NCBI RefSeq assembly: GCF_006345805.1
Contig: NC_043001.1
Span: 102,982,001 to 103,046,000, forward strand
DNA: 64,000 nt
Source of the DNA: Octopus sinensis
Lineage: Eukaryota
Direction: 5' to 3'
Every line of letters starts with the position of its first letter. The stretch's first letter is position 1. The notes beneath the pieces were generated by a model, which ran no database searches, was not told the origin of the DNA, and saw nothing but the letters and a program-made list of their open reading frames with translations. Shown here piece after piece: positions 1 to 14,424 of this stretch. Position numbers and translations under genes: made by a program.

Positions 1-39
1 CAGCTGCTGACAGAGCTGAAAACTCAGAGCTTAGCTGTA

Positions 40-650
40 GATCTTAAAATTAGCCACATGGAAACAAAATATATGCAGTTGGAAGATGTAGCACAAATCT
101 GAATAAAGGAGGAAAGCAATGAAATTGAGGAAGTAAAGGAGGATGTCTACATCAGGGCACACAATGAATATGTGCAGAGATACAGAAATCTCAAAAAGAA
201 TATGGGTAAGATGGAAGACATTTAACTCAGTAAAGGATGTGCTCCAAACAATGCCAAATGTGCCAGATTCTTCAATAGCACCATCCTACCTGTGTTCTTA
301 TATGCAAGTGAGACATGGACTACTACAAAGAGGATAGAACATTGATTGGTTGAGACGCAGAGGGCCATGGAGACATACATGCTAGGAATATCACTAAGAG
401 AGCACATTTAAAATGAGGTAATTCTAGAATGGAGCAGAGTACCAAAAGCACAAGTTTCACAGGGCCAGACATGCTGCAAGGTTCACAGACCACAGATGGA
501 CCCATGCAGGAGATTGGAAACGGTCATTTGGAATGCGTGCACATCAATGGGGAGACAATTTAGTCAAGCAATTTGGGACAAGAGGGAAAAGAATGGCACA
601 ATCAAGACAAAACTGGAGACATTGTGACCAGGTGTGTAACAGCATTTCAT
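40..650 (+). mobile_element. Degraded RTE-clade LINE ORF2 C-terminal fragment
   Basis: FNSTILPVFLYASETWTTTK...QRAMETYMLGISLREH with stops and frameshifts. Confidence 0.8.
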
Positions 651-2431
651 GGACTGGCTGTGATTGATACCATGATTATATATATATATAGATATATATA
701 TATATAGTGTGTGTGTATACAGACACCCCCACCCCCCCACAAGTCAGATGAGTCCTACTGAGGCAGTATTCTACAGCTAGAACATAAAAATTCCTGGTTT
801 TGCATTCAAAGTTCATAATTCTTTGTCTGTGAAAGCTTTTCAATGTTGACAAACATACTGATTTTTCATAATTTTTGATAATTGATAATCATTTAACAAA
901 CACTACTTAATAGACAATACCTAACAATGTTAATTGATAATAGGAGAGGATGTGACAAAGCAACAGATACTGAGGGATCATGAAGAGCAAAAAGCAATTC
1001 CAATACACCAAATATTCCAGCTTAAATCACAATACACAACCGAAAAAATATAGAAACATAACAGCATTATCCATCAAAACATCCCGTTATTGAATGAAAA
1101 TCCCAAAATGAGAAAAAGCACTTAAAACACACACACACATTGTAATAAAAGATGTTACTTAATTTTGTCGGCATGAACTTCAAATGCTTCTGGCAGGGTG
1201 GATGTAGATGCTGTAGAGTGATCATAGAGAATACATAACGCAAACATAAGCCTCAAAAAACTTGAGAGCAGGTTCATTACACTACATTTCACTGGTGAAA
1301 CCAAAACACAAAGAATATACAGGAAACTGTTCCCTATAGACTTGAAGCGTTAAAGCTCAAAGATATCTTGGAGCAAGGCAGTTTCATGTGATCTTAGAGA
1401 AGCAAGTAATACTATAAATATATCTTAATTTATACCAGCATGAAAAAAATGGGCATTAAAACAGATTGTTTTTTGTATATCTTAGAATATGTTCAGTTCT
1501 TTTAGAAATCAGTTTGTACAGAGGACCACTTTAATAAATTATGTCCAGAGGGTTACGGTTCTCTTGATATTTCTCATGACAAGTATTAAGAGCAGGATCC
1601 GAGAGATAAGACATGCATCGGTGGGGGGGGAGGAGGAGGACGAGGAGTGTAACTGTAAACTTGTGATTGAAGAATTTTGAGAGTGAATCTTTGCCATTCA
1701 GTACAATGACCTTCTGATATGTCTTTTTTTTTTTTCTTTTTTCTTCTTTTTGTCTTAATAATTAATTAGAAGAAAGTCTGATTCCAGTTAATATCTACTC
1801 AAAGCTAGTCTGTCTGGTTTTCAAGTGAGAAATGAATGATATGAAGATATTGATTTGATCATAATCAAGGTTTGAATATCAGAAAATTTTACAAGAAAAC
1901 AGTTGGCTTTTCTTGTTTCATGGTAAAAATCAAGAGAGAAAATCCAAATTCACATTTTTTAGTATTTCAGTTTCCTGAAAACTTTGTATGTGCTTGTGAT
2001 GCATATGGAATATGATTGCTTCATAAGGAAGGGTTGTGTGAGTGGAACCAGTGGAAGAGAAAGAACAAGGAAGACTAGGGATAAAGAGATGAAGGCCAAC
2101 TGAAGATGCTGCATCAGTAATATACAATGCTGCATAAAACCCAACCACTCATGGTAAAATGTATTCTGACACTTGGGTATTATGTAACAACTGAGATATT
2201 TTGTGCCCTGCCAAGCTGACATATCATGCTACCTCACCATATCCTAGATCACGCAAACCTCATCTGCCTGTTGCTCACATCCTCTTTTTTTCACCCATCA
2301 CTCATAACCTTCCATCTCTTATTTCCCCACCATCAGTGCTGTCCACATTATTCTCATCACTCAGACTCCCTTTCACTAAGTCTACATACAAGAAACAGCA
2401 CACGACCACAGTACACAATACATCCTATGCT

Positions 2432-2718
2432 GGTTCCACATAAAAGCACCTGTGACAGTGCCATGTAAAAGCACTTGTGCTGGTGTCACATAAAAGAGCC
2501 CATGCTGGTACCATGTAAAAGCGCCCATGCCAGAGTCACATAAAAGCACCCAGCATGCTCTATAAAGTGGTTGGTGTTAGGAAGGGCATCCAGCCATAGA
2601 AACCATGCCAAAGCAGACAAATGGAGCCTGGCCAGCTCTCTGTCTGGCCAGCTCCTGTCAAACCATCCAAACCATATCAGCATGGAAAACAAACTTTAAT
2701 GATGGTAATGATGATGAT
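2432..2718 (+). mobile_element. RTE-family 3'UTR repeat with (GAT)n tail; many more copies (e.g. 12600-12820, 18300-18620, 28930-29240, 37040-37160, 41410-41570, 57500-58270, 58790-59070, 59390-59580, 62570-63000)
   Basis: Sub-repeats GTGCCGGTGGCACRTAAAAAGCACC, core GAGTGGTTGGCGTTAGGAAGGGCATCCAGC, tail TTAAACGATGATGAT; attached to RTE ORF2 at 23175-24150. Confidence 0.85.
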
Positions 2719-2753
2719 ATATATGTTTATGTATATAAATACACACACACACA

Positions 2754-2789
<36 letters not shown>

Positions 2790-2792
2790 CAC

Positions 2793-2825
<33 letters not shown>

Positions 2826-3877
2826 TAAAGCTTCCCAACCATGTGGTCATGAGTTGAGTACCACTGCTACTCTAAGCTCTGTTTGACCAAAGCCTTCTGA
2901 GTGAATTAGATAGAGGGAGCTGAAAGAAGTCCATCATGTGTGTGTATGTACACTTGTCTAGACAACACATGAATATTATCATCATACATGCAAAGGTGTT
3001 CACTTCCAGTCTTCAGTAAAAAACATGTCTGGTGATGAGGTAATATCACCTTGCTTGGAAACTGGTGGCAGTTGGGAAAGGAAAGGCACTGGCTGTAGTA
3101 AATCTGCCTGAATAAATTCTGTCTGAGTCATGTAAAGATGGAGAAGTAGTCATTAAATTATGATGATGGTGATGATGACATACTCATATATATTACAACA
3201 TATAAGCAATGTATACAGACATTAAACAATGAAAAATACAAACAACTACACTTTCATATGTTTTAATGCAAAACAAATAAAACTACAGCAAACTCAATTT
3301 GCATCTTTTCTACACCAGATACCTCACAATAATTATAATGGTAATCATAAAAAAACATATTAAGTTTCACTTATGATCCAAAATTAACATTACAACTCGC
3401 ATATAAAATACTGAAAAAGTGTAACAAAGCACTTAATATTTTTAATCTCTAACTTTTTTGTTTAGAGTGTATAAAGAAAAACTAATGCAAAGCAATCATA
3501 TGACTGATATATTCCCAGATCAGCCATCAGTTCAATTAAAAGAAATTAGCTACAATAATTATAAAATATCCTCTACGCATTAAGTGGTGTAACATAATGC
3601 TAACATATTTCTAATACAAACTGACACACAAGAAATATATCCAAACTGAGAAACACATAGATATTCAGTACAAATTCTTTTTACAAATAATACATGTTAA
3701 ATAAACAACAAAAAAGCTTTGCCCAACACAGAAACTACAATACCCAGGGGTTATTACAAGCCCTTCCAAATCCACCAGTGTTGAGAAACCTTTTTGCATC
3801 ATCAGCAGGCCTCTCAGGGTTACAAGAATTTCACCTTTTGATCATAGATCTTCTTGAATGGGGCAGTGGGAAGTGAA

Positions 3878-4510
3878 TTAGTCTTTTCTTGCAGAAGGGT
3901 TCCAGGCAGCTTCAGTACAGTGTGAGGCTGCTTGCCATCCTTTGGCACTTACCAAATCAACCAAATCCTTATATGTGGTTTTCTTTAGCTGATGACGAAT
4001 GTCAAGTTTGTCCACCCAGGGTTTTGGAAGTTCAACCACAATGATTGTTTTTACACTTCTGCAGAGCAACAACCTCTCTGTCAGAATCTGCCTTTCCAGT
4101 TCATTCGCATCTCTCCTAGTCTCAGGCTAGATGCAAAATACAAAATGGGTCTCCTATTGGTGCTTTCATCTTAGAAGCCTTGTCACCTTTTTTTTAGGAA
4201 CCTGATCCCCATGGCTGATGACAGTTGCTGTTTGTTGATTTTAACCCTCTGCATGTCTGTCCATTTGGCAATTTCTGCAAGAATCTTGTCATACCTTCTG
4301 GAGCATCTAGCCAAAATGTGGGCCAGCATGCAAATAGTTGATCCACACTGCTGGCAGGATGGGCCCTCCTCTTTGTCCCACATTTTGAAGTTATTAAGGA
4401 TCAGCAGGAGGTCAGTAATAGCATGAAAGAGGACAATTTTCCCTTGTCAGTACTCTAGAGTTCTGTCCAGGGCAATTGTCTCTGATAGTCCTACTGCCTT
4501 TACATGGGGA
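3878..4510 (-). mobile_element. Degraded RLE non-LTR retrotransposon (HERO/NeSL-like) C-terminus
   Basis: CQQCGS...LAHILARC zinc knuckle, KTIIVVELPKPW...KTTYKDLV...GW endonuclease region. Confidence 0.65.
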
Positions 4511-4547
4511 TCGTCCCTAAACATCTAACACAGAGGCACAGGAGTGG

Positions 4548-4912
4548 CATTGTGACCCAGCAAAACCGGATCATAGTGCTAGTGCATGCATATACAGCTG
4601 TGTGCGTGCGCACATATACGCAAGTACTGTCCAAATCTCCGACCAATCACATACAGCTAGCTGGCATTCAATTGGCGTATCAAGTTTCGGGCATTTTGAT
4701 TGGGTTTTGGGTAGAAAATTCACAAAAAAGTCACTTCTATTGATTTTTTAATGGCTTTGCGGGGTGACTGGGGAAATGTAAAGATGTGCACAACCACCCT
4801 TGGACGGTTTTGAATGACCATAGAAAGTGCGAGCCCTCTAACTAAAAAATTGTGGATTTGAATAAAGGACATGCACACACATACACACATTTTCCCTTTT
4901 ATATATAGAGAG
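4548..4912 (-). mobile_element. Non-autonomous Helitron-like element
   Basis: Terminal hairpin/CTAG motif like that at 29502 and a TCTCTATATATAAAA-type 5' end. Confidence 0.5.
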
Positions 4913-5404
4913 ATAGAGATAAAAAGGCAGGCTGGTCACAACTTAAAGATGCTTTTGATCATAGATCTGCTCAATAAAATTTGATCTTAGGCTCAACAAC
5001 AACCCTGATTATCTCAGCTCTGGTTACAAATAAGAATGAACAGCTGTATCATGTCCTAACTATTACAGTACACTCTACACAAAAAACCATAGCATGACCA
5101 TGTGAGGTGTAATCATGAATGAAATTGGAAAATGAAAAGGAGAGCAAATCCAGAGTGCTGGATTGGTGGAATAGTCTATACTGCGTGATTGGCTAACACC
5201 ATGCAACAGGTTTGCTTCGATAAAAACTCAAATAAAACCAAACATTTATTTTCAACTGTAAAAATTTACCAAAACACCAACATCCAGGGATCTTTTAAAG
5301 AGGAAGCATATCCCATTGCTAGAGTAAGAGGACACCAGGAAATACTACGAAAGGTAGATGAAAACCTGAGACATATATTTGTGTGGGGGGGTGCGTATAT
5401 GTGA

Positions 5405-5442
<38 letters not shown>

Positions 5443-5492
5443 CAGATGTAATTTTCAAGTGTGGATGCAGGAGTGTGTGTGTGTGGTTTATT

Positions 5493-5538
<46 letters not shown>

Positions 5539-6267
5539 CATACACACACACTCACACATACATATGTAAAGCTACTACTATACCTCAATAACAGACTACA
5601 GTAGATACCCTCTATTGCACACAGCTCCACACAAAGAATTAAGCAAAGCTTTCATCATCGATGGAAATAAGAATAAATTAGTAAATTGCAGAACAAATCA
5701 AATCAAAGACAAATGAAAGAACTACAACAAAGGCACACAATAAAAATATACAAACAATCCATTATGAAAACCACTCTAGCTCAGATATTAAAACTAATCA
5801 AAAGAGTTATTAAACAAAGAACTAAACCATTTGTAACTTCAGAAATTTTATCATATAATTTCAATAAAGATATTGCATCCACAGAATTAGAGAATCAAAT
5901 ATCATGGGTTCAAAGTCAATCAATGGCACACTTTGAAACTACAAAAGCTGCTTCAGACCTAAATCAGCAATTCCAGCAGTACCATTCCATCGTCATACCC
6001 TTTAGCTACAGTCTTCGTATTTTTCCATTTACTTCACTCTTGGATTCAAGAGAATTTGTAGAAACTATCCATTAGCAAGGGAGACATATGGGGAGAAAAT
6101 AAGTTAAAAATTCTCTTTGTGACAAATCATTTGGGAACCTCCATGCTGTGATTCAACCGTCTAGATGTAGAAACCATCAAATTACATCTTTAAAAAATAA
6201 GTAAATAAATAAAAGAATACATTGGTCTTAGATACAATGTCTGATAGAAAGAAAAATGGTATTATCA

Positions 6268-6500
6268 AAGGCGGTGAGCTGGCAGAAACGTTAGCACACC
6301 GGGCGAAATGCTTTGCGGTATTTCGTCTGCTGTTACGTTCTGAGTTCAAATTCCGCCGAGGTCGACTTTGCCTTTCATCCTTTCGGGGTCGATAAACTAA
6401 GTACCAGTTATGCACTAGAGTCGATATAATCGACTTAATCCGTTTGTCTGTCCTTGTTTGTCCCCTCTGTGTTTAGCCCCTTGTGGGTAGTAAAGAAATA
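6268..6500 (+). mobile_element. tRNA-derived SINE family A; other copies at 10430-10630, 22400-22600, 35885-36540, 39945-40435, 44270-44490, 46950-47190, 52545-52958, 56575-56770, 61260-61420, 61620-61760
   Basis: B-box GAGTTCAAATTCC, conserved CTTTGCCTTTCATCCTTTCGGGGTCGATAAA..AGTACCAG core (resembles the MetaSINE domain from memory), (ATT)n tails on many copies. Confidence 0.85.
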
Positions 6501-8636
6501 GCTATTATCAAAGCTGTAATGTTTCATAAGTCATCTAGATTTGGCCAGACATGAGGTTTAACATAAAATAACAACATCCTTTCACAGAGCAGCTTTGACA
6601 ATACACTACTGATTTCCTACACACCGTATCACGATTTCTCTTTAGTACTGTTACATATCCTACTTTCCATTACATTCAATCCTAACATTAACACAATCCC
6701 AATTAACCTATCCTAAAAATATCAGATATAAAATGAGTGTTTGGTGAAGACTAAGAATTATAACTGTCATATGATGTACAGGACTAGTATAATATCTAAA
6801 CAGCTGACAAGAGAAAAATGCATGTTTTACAAGACTTAGAGAAGGAAATGCTTAGGGGACTTTTTTTATTGTTATTATTTTTTAAGGACCATCAAGACTG
6901 GTGATGGAGAAAGAGAAAGATATCAGGATTTATAGACTGTAGGGAGCAGCAGCGTATCAGGTATCAAAGTATCTTCTGATTGGATACCTGTCCCAAATGC
7001 TTGCAGCAGAGTGGACTCCGTTAATGACAGCCAACCAACAGATTAAGTCAATCACTCTTGTGAATAAGTGTTTCGCTGGCAGACAATACACAGTGGCTTA
7101 GATGTGTGTATCATTACAGTATTACAGACACTAATGAAATTAACTTTCTGGACAATTTGTGAATGAAGAACACAGTAACCCTTACAGGAAATTACAAAAG
7201 TAAAACAGTATATGCAAAATTTAGTTCAGCTACAAAATATGTTAGTGTAACATGATTTGTAAAGAAAAACATGAGAATTTGAAGAAAGTAAGGATGAGCA
7301 ACTTTGGTAAAGAACAGTAGCATTTAGAATGTAAAGCAAGAAATGTCAGTGAGTAAAGAGATAGCTTAGTTCTACAGCTTCATGTAAGGTCCGTCAACAG
7401 AGAAAGATGGATATTATGTTGGTAGGCCATCATTGACAAGGTGTTGCTTTTTGCCATTGTAGAAGTTATGCCACTTATTGAGTATCATACATTCCCAAAC
7501 TACCTAACTGACCAGGTGAGTGACTCGCATGTACCCTACTCCAGATATTGTAAGTGTCTTAGTGACTATCCCTGACAGACAAGATTACTCCTCTGCTTCC
7601 ATACCCTTATGGTTGCACTTGAAACCAAACGGCAATCAAATTTAATGGTCAGTTCCTCTATTGAGTCTTTCTGAGTTAGTCCCTTCTCTTCTCTTTCCTA
7701 TACATTACCAACTTTCAAATTTTATTTTTCATATACTTAATGTATTTTATAACTAGATGTTGTTAGTGACCTTTTGGCTTTTCTTTTTGCATTTTTTGTT
7801 GTTTATTTTCTGCTTGTGACCATTTAAGCAATGAAGTAGCAGTGCTCTACATGCTTTTAATATGCCAGTAAAGATAAGGAGGAGCTGTGCTCATATGCTT
7901 TATGTGTCTTCTGAGAGTGGTCAGATTGATGTAGTTGTCTTTCCAAAGACATGTATAATCAGAACTTTCATTATCATCAGTATAATACTATTTTTTTTTT
8001 AAATTAAAATGTAACAGTTATGGATGTACTATAGCAGACACTAATATATATTTCCTCCAAAAAGCTCCCTGGGTTCCTCTCAACCAATAGCTTACTTCAC
8101 AATTTCACTATCATCTTCATGCATTACATCCTATTAGGGTACTGCTTTCCTTTGAACCAACAAGGCTTATCATCAACAAAGAAAGGGAACCAGGTACAAA
8201 AGATAATGTAATCAAAGATATACTGTGAGAAAAAGACAAGACGGTCAAGACAAAAATGCCTCTGATCATAGTCCTACTTCATCAGAAGTGACTTCAGTTT
8301 AACAACTTTTGCTTTTCAAATACATCAACGAATATCGCTTACAAATCTAAGTTGTACAAAACCTTTCTCTCAAGTTTAAACACACTCAATGAATCACACT
8401 CTGTTAGTTTCTCCAGTTAATATCAATTCTTCATGCCTTGAACTTTTACCAGTTTCTCCAGACTCAGAATAGCTGACAGCCAAAGTCATCAACAGAACAT
8501 TTGTCAATATTAAAACCAGTGAGGTCAAGTTCTATTTACATCTTTCCAGGTTCATCATCACAAGTAAAAGTCAAGTAAAGGGGTCAAAATGATCAACTTT
8601 ACCCCTTACACAAATCTGACCACAAATCAATATTAA

Positions 8637-8847
8637 CCCTTTTCTTACCAACCCGGCTGAAGCCGGCTCTAGCGCTGAGGACAAATGTCATGCTTTCATA
8701 AGTTTTGAATTAAAATCTTCTTAGTCACAATTTATGTTCCTAACACTAGCTGAGTAATAACTAAGTTATTTTACTAAATTCTTTGTTATATTTAAAGTAA
8801 CTGAAAAAAACACAGAGCATCTCAACAGAAATACAGTAATGAAAGGG
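8637..8847. mobile_element. piggyBac-type MITE
   Basis: TTAA|CCCTTT...AAAGGG|TTAA termini with TTAA target duplication. Confidence 0.8.
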
Positions 8848-9790
8848 TTAAAGCTAACATAATAAATGAAAATAGAAGTAAAAACCAGTGTATGCTGAAT
8901 ACTGATGCCATTCACAACCTCCTAATCTGTTTTGCGTGGGTACTTGAAAATGCAGATTTTGCCATTTTGAAAAGCTTGTAGTTAGAGCTACCACTTACAT
9001 GCCTTAGTCATATTGTGAAGATTATTTATTTTGTGGTTTCTAATTTTGAATACAAGGGAAGCTTCATTGTTAAGCAGGCTACCACTCCTCTCAAGGTTTG
9101 TGTCTCAATGAAAATAGAACAGTGGAGTTGAAGTCAACATCAGAGTCAATAAAAAACTGCACTAATTCTGACTCAATGAAAACTAATAAAATCCATTAAA
9201 TTTTTCACCAATAAAAATACTAATTTGATAGCTAGCTACTCAAAAATAATCAAACCAGATTTAAGGTCTTCTATGAAGGAGAATCTAGAAGGAGTAACTC
9301 TATTCTCAACATGATATTACTAAGTTTTGGATTTGGATTTTTGATTTAACCCCTATTCAATAGATACAAATTTTCTTTGATAAATGCTGTAAGGCTGTAA
9401 GGATAAACTGTTCAATCTTCTTCATTCATTTAATGTAATCTTTCATGTTACAGTCACTCAAATGTTATAGTCAAACAATGCTTTAATCTCAAAACAAAGG
9501 GTTATGTAAGTTGTTGAGTTTATTTCTTATAAAACGGTCATTTGTTAAGTTGCTTTAGGTCTTTCAGTACTTTAGATGTTTGAAGTGGTAAACAAAGATC
9601 TTCCCAATAGTCTTTTATAGTATGTTTATAGTTTATTTCTTTTACATCCTTTTTATAGCCTTTTGATAAAAATCCTTTTCGTTTCTGTAAGTTTTGTCAT
9701 GTTCTTAGTTATTTGTAACTTATTCAATAAATAATATAAAAAGTGTCACGGTGGTAGAGCTAGAACCTTCAAACCCAAATCTTAAGTTAG

Positions 9791-10272
9791 CCCTTCAACA
9801 TTTAAACCAGCCATATCAGCAGGGCTGTGGAGTCGAAACAAAAAAACTTCAACTCTGACTCCTATCCTATTGACACCTCTGACTCCGACTCCTCTTTATG
9901 TAATTAAGTGATTGTGGTCTACATATCTCATAAAGCATAGGTACTTTGAGTAGACCTATATGTTATAACTGGTTTAGATTAAAGAATAAAGACATTATGA
10001 GTCAGAGTCAGTAAAACTATACTAACTCTGACTCCAGTTACTCTTTAATTATTTCCAACTCAGACTCTTTAGCCCTCCATATTGGGCCTAAATTTTCTAT
10101 TTGTTTGACATTCAAACTGGCCAGATCTATCCTCTCACACTTACCCTACAATGTCATTCTAAAAACAATCAAATCACAGAAATCTTGAAGCTACAAGTTA
10201 ATGCATAATTAATTCAAAACAAAATGAATGAACAAGCATTATATATGACAGAGTAATGTGATTACTAAAGGG
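9791..10272. mobile_element. piggyBac-type MITE containing a nested hAT-like MITE (9820-10077)
   Basis: Outer TTAG|CCCTT...AAAGGG|TTAA; inner CAGGGCTGTGGAGTCG...GACTCTTTAGCCCT with imperfect 8-bp TSD catatcag/catattgg. Confidence 0.6.
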
Positions 10273-11160
10273 TTAAGGGGCTAAAAAGTATATAAACACT
10301 GTTGTGTGTGTATAGTATAATAATATAATCAGACTGGAATCTGGTGCAGCCCCTCAGCTTACCAGCCCATGCCAGCATGGACAACAGACATTAAATGATG
10401 ATAATGATGATAGTCCTCTCTACAATAAGGACAAGGTTTAAAATTTGGGGAGAGGGGTTAGTTGATTACATAAGCCCCAGTACACAACTGGCACTGATTT
10501 TATTGCCCCGAAAAGGATGAAAGGCAAAAATTGACCTGAGTAGAATTTGAACTAAGATTGTAAAGATGAATGAAATACTGCTAAGCATTTTGCCCAGGGA
10601 GCTAACAATTTTGCCAGCTTGCTACCTTAACAAAGATAATAAACGAATATACAATTAGTTTAATTACTGGGATGTTGAAGTTAGTGAGAAAAGGAATACT
10701 TTAGTTATTAAAGAATGCGTTTTTCTTACAGTTGGATGCCCTTCCTACACATAACGATCAACCAGGAAGTAGGGGTGTGTTTTCTGTCTACCAGAATAAG
10801 CAGAGTTAGTTACTTAGCTCAGGCACATAATACAATTACAATAGCAGCGTCTTTTTGTAAGACTTAGATAGGGAAATGCACCAACCTTGTGAGCCTTTGT
10901 ATTTTTCAGGACCTCCAAGGTTAATGGAAAGAAGTTATCCATGAAGCAGAGACTTGGCCCAATTGCTTGCAAAACAGTGAACTCAGTTACAGGCACCCAA
11001 GGACCATTTGGTCATGTTAAAGTAACAAATTAAGCTTACCTACCATCCAAGAACTCAGAAGAAATACCACAAGGTATCTCTCTTCTAATATGGTGACAGT
11101 CCACCTATCTTAGTCCAAGGACTGAGATAGGTGTATATGTGTGTATATATATATATATAT

Positions 11161-11194
<34 letters not shown>

Positions 11195-12949
11195 ATCATC
11201 TAGTATGTTGAATTTTGTTCATTTTTATGTGTCTTGATTATGCCTGCACTAACGCTTAGAAAGTGGATTATGTGCACTAACTATGAAATCATATGATTTG
11301 TGGCTGAATCTGTTTTTAGGGGTTGGCTTCCAAGTTGGATTCCCTTGCTGTCACTACACTGTATATTTATTATGGTAGTTTTGACTTTAAGAGTCCCTCA
11401 TAGCATGAGGCTTTTTCTTCTAATAATGCTCTTAATATAAATACACACACACAGCTTTGATCAGCTTGAGGATATAGTAGAAGACACCTGCCCAAGGTGC
11501 CACACAGTGGGTCTGAACCTGGAACCATGTCATTGGGAAGTAGACTTCTTATTACAGAGCTACATCTGCATCTTTGAGAAAGGTGCGAATACTATTGCAG
11601 CTGGTCAACTGATCACATGCCACTTAAGAGAAATATCCATTTCTTACATCAGTTTAAAGTTTAAAATTTATAGGATGAAGAGTATGGCGGATAAAATCAG
11701 CCTTAGAATGATTAAAGATAAAGTCAACTCTACTGGAAATGTAGAGATTAACAAAATTCCTTCATATCACACTCTACCATCTTAGAATGGAACACTTTGA
11801 ATAAGAGTCCTATATATACTACAAGTGAATACATAAAAAAGGGGGACATGACTAGAAATTAACAGAGTATGATTTATTAGATGCATATGATCTTGATCAG
11901 TGGTCTGCCCAAAGAGGACTGACTCAGGGCTAAATAACAGCTAAACTCTGTTCGACAGTTACTGGCTCTCTGCTATTTCTACCGACTCTCTTACTGTTAT
12001 AATTGTTGTAGAACAAATGTAAAAGCACACATTCATATTATATAAGTTGACTTAAAAAGAATATTGCTGTACTGCTGGATAATCTTATTAGTACTACATT
12101 AATATTGTATAAAGTCCTAACAAAATGATCGATTTAGCAGTTACCACTTTGTCTTGTGGTGCTTTTAACAATGTTGCAATATGTTGCAGTCAAACCTTGC
12201 TACCTCATGTATTTCCATAGATATTTTAGGTTGGGCATCAGCTGTATCAATATCACCAGTCTACAAAGGATCTGTAAAGACCATGGACAGTACCACACCT
12301 ATCCAAGCAAATATATACAAAGATCGTTATGATCAAAAACATACCAAGCATGACCATCCTGTTTTGATTGTTTATTTCTTATATGCGACTACATTATCCT
12401 ATGCAAACTTCCATTTTTAGGACAGTTTGATTTAAGGGAGATTTGGTTGCTGATTCTAGCAGAATGAATGACTAAATACTGGACCTGCATTATGTTTTAG
12501 TTGTATTACTTACTAGTTGTATACCAATTTCTAAAGAGTTTTGTACAATGGAAGGTTTTGCAAATTCCAACATATGCCCTTCAATCATTGGGCAATAAAC
12601 TGCACTTGCAAAGACCTGTTGGGGCAAATGAAATCGTTGTCGTGGCCAATGCCAGTGCCGCCCGACTTGTCCATGCTGGTGGCATAGCGTGATTGTTGCC
12701 AATGCTGCCTCACTGGCTCCCATGCCAGTGGCACGTAAAAAGCCCCATTCAAGCATGGTTGATGCCAGTTCCGCCTGACTCACACTCATAGCAGTGGCAC
12801 GTAAAAAGTACTCACTACACTCTAGTTTACGAAATTTTCAGTGACAAACGACCTTCAGTAGCGAATTAAATTTGTAAACCAACGTTCTACTCTGTGTGTA
12901 TGTGTACACACACTCTCTCCCACACACACACACACACCTCATTACATGT

Positions 12950-13740
12950 CATTATTTCATTTGCATATCTATGTTTGCATGACTTGGACAGGTTCCCTCC
13001 AACACATCTTTCTCTACCAAATTTTCCTTTAATTTGGATTTCCTTAAACTTCATTAGCCACCTGTTATCATCCATATGCATTACATGCTTGTGCCAACTC
13101 AGTCATTTCTCTTGCATATTACAGCTTATTTTTCTTATACCCAGTTTATCTCAACTCACCTAAGTCAAGTTACTCATCTTCACTTCTCCAGATCAACAAA
13201 TACAAGACAGACAAATTTATCCTTAGCTAAAAATTTCTCTTGCAGCTGCCTCACCACAGAAAGAGTATCACTAGTGCTACAACCAGGCATAAACCCAAAC
13301 TGCATGGAAGCTAATTAACTTCCTAATAAATTGTATTAATAAACTTTCTATTACTTTCATAATTTGGTACATCAGTCTGATACATTTGTACATGCTCCTT
13401 TCTACAACACCTCCTTTGCCCTCGTAACAGTTGATGATTTTACTGCTACACCAGTCTTTGAGTATGACCAGGTTCATTAGGGAGGCCAGCTCAAGCCCTA
13501 CTTTAGCAGATATTTTCAACATTTCAGCAACATATATCTCATAGTCTTGTTGCTTCCTCATCTTAGTATCCTTAATAACCATTTTAACAATAACTGTCAA
13601 CTTCATCAGCTGGCCCCTCTGTTCAATATATCAGGTGGTTCTTTCTCTTCCTACACACATTCATCAATCAGCTTCTCATAATAGCATTTCCAAACCTCTT
13701 TCATTTCATCACACATTTGATATATAACAACAACAACACT
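12950..13740 (-). mobile_element. Degraded RTE LINE reverse-transcriptase fragment
   Basis: DWCSSKIINCYEGKGG...MQFGFMPGCSTSDTLSVVRQLQEKFLAKDK. Confidence 0.8.
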
Positions 13741-14424
13741 GCTACCACCACCACCACCACCCATCCACCATTCTGCTACCATAACTGTTTAATATATGTT
13801 TAAATAATCAAGAGTTTGAAAAGGTTTAATAAAATAACTTTTTCATTATCAAGTTGGGGTTTAAAATACAATAAAATAAAGTGATAAAATTGTCCAAATT
13901 AAGAAGGTATTAATTTAGATATGGGCAGTGTAAAACTGTTAGTTCTGGCACAAAATCAAAAGCTGTCTCAAGTAAGTTGGTATCAAAATCATTAACAGCC
14001 ACTATTGCATAAAATATTAAAAATACTAATATTACACTACATTAAAAAAAAATAAACATTAAATAAGATGAAATATGTAACTCATTAACTTGATGAAAAT
14101 CAGAAAAACATTTGTGAGAGTTTATTAAAGTGAAGAGAAAATTGAAAGAGAAAATGGTTAAACTTACTAGAGCAAGTAAAAAAACGTATCTTTTAAAAAG
14201 ACTTAACAATTAGTCATAATGTGAAGAACATACAACTGAATCACTCAACCGCAATATAGTACAGGTAATTCTTTAGCAACATCTGCCTAACTAAATCTGA
14301 AAAAATAAATTCCATCGTGACATGAACTTGAATCAGTAAACACTGAACTAAATGTAATCCAAACACTACCATAAGCCCATGATCAGAAAACATAATTCGT
14401 TTACATAAATACATACATGTATCT

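Noticed and set aside
1155-1291. Minus-strand terminal-exon candidate (KCSVMNLL...HADKIK*) and a nearby polyPro frame at ~1575-1770
   Set aside because: No homology recognised; does not match the Greatwall C-terminus.
5686-6075. 129-aa plus-strand ORF
   Set aside because: A-rich low-information sequence, no motif, no splice context.
7462-7515. Plus-strand micro-exon candidate VMPLIEYHTFPNYLTDQ with a GTGAGT donor
   Set aside because: Isolated, no partner exons or homology; could be a transposon remnant.
12204-12260. Minus-strand exon candidate TGDIDTADAQPKISMEIHE
   Set aside because: Short, no recognisable family, weak donor, not linkable to MASTL.
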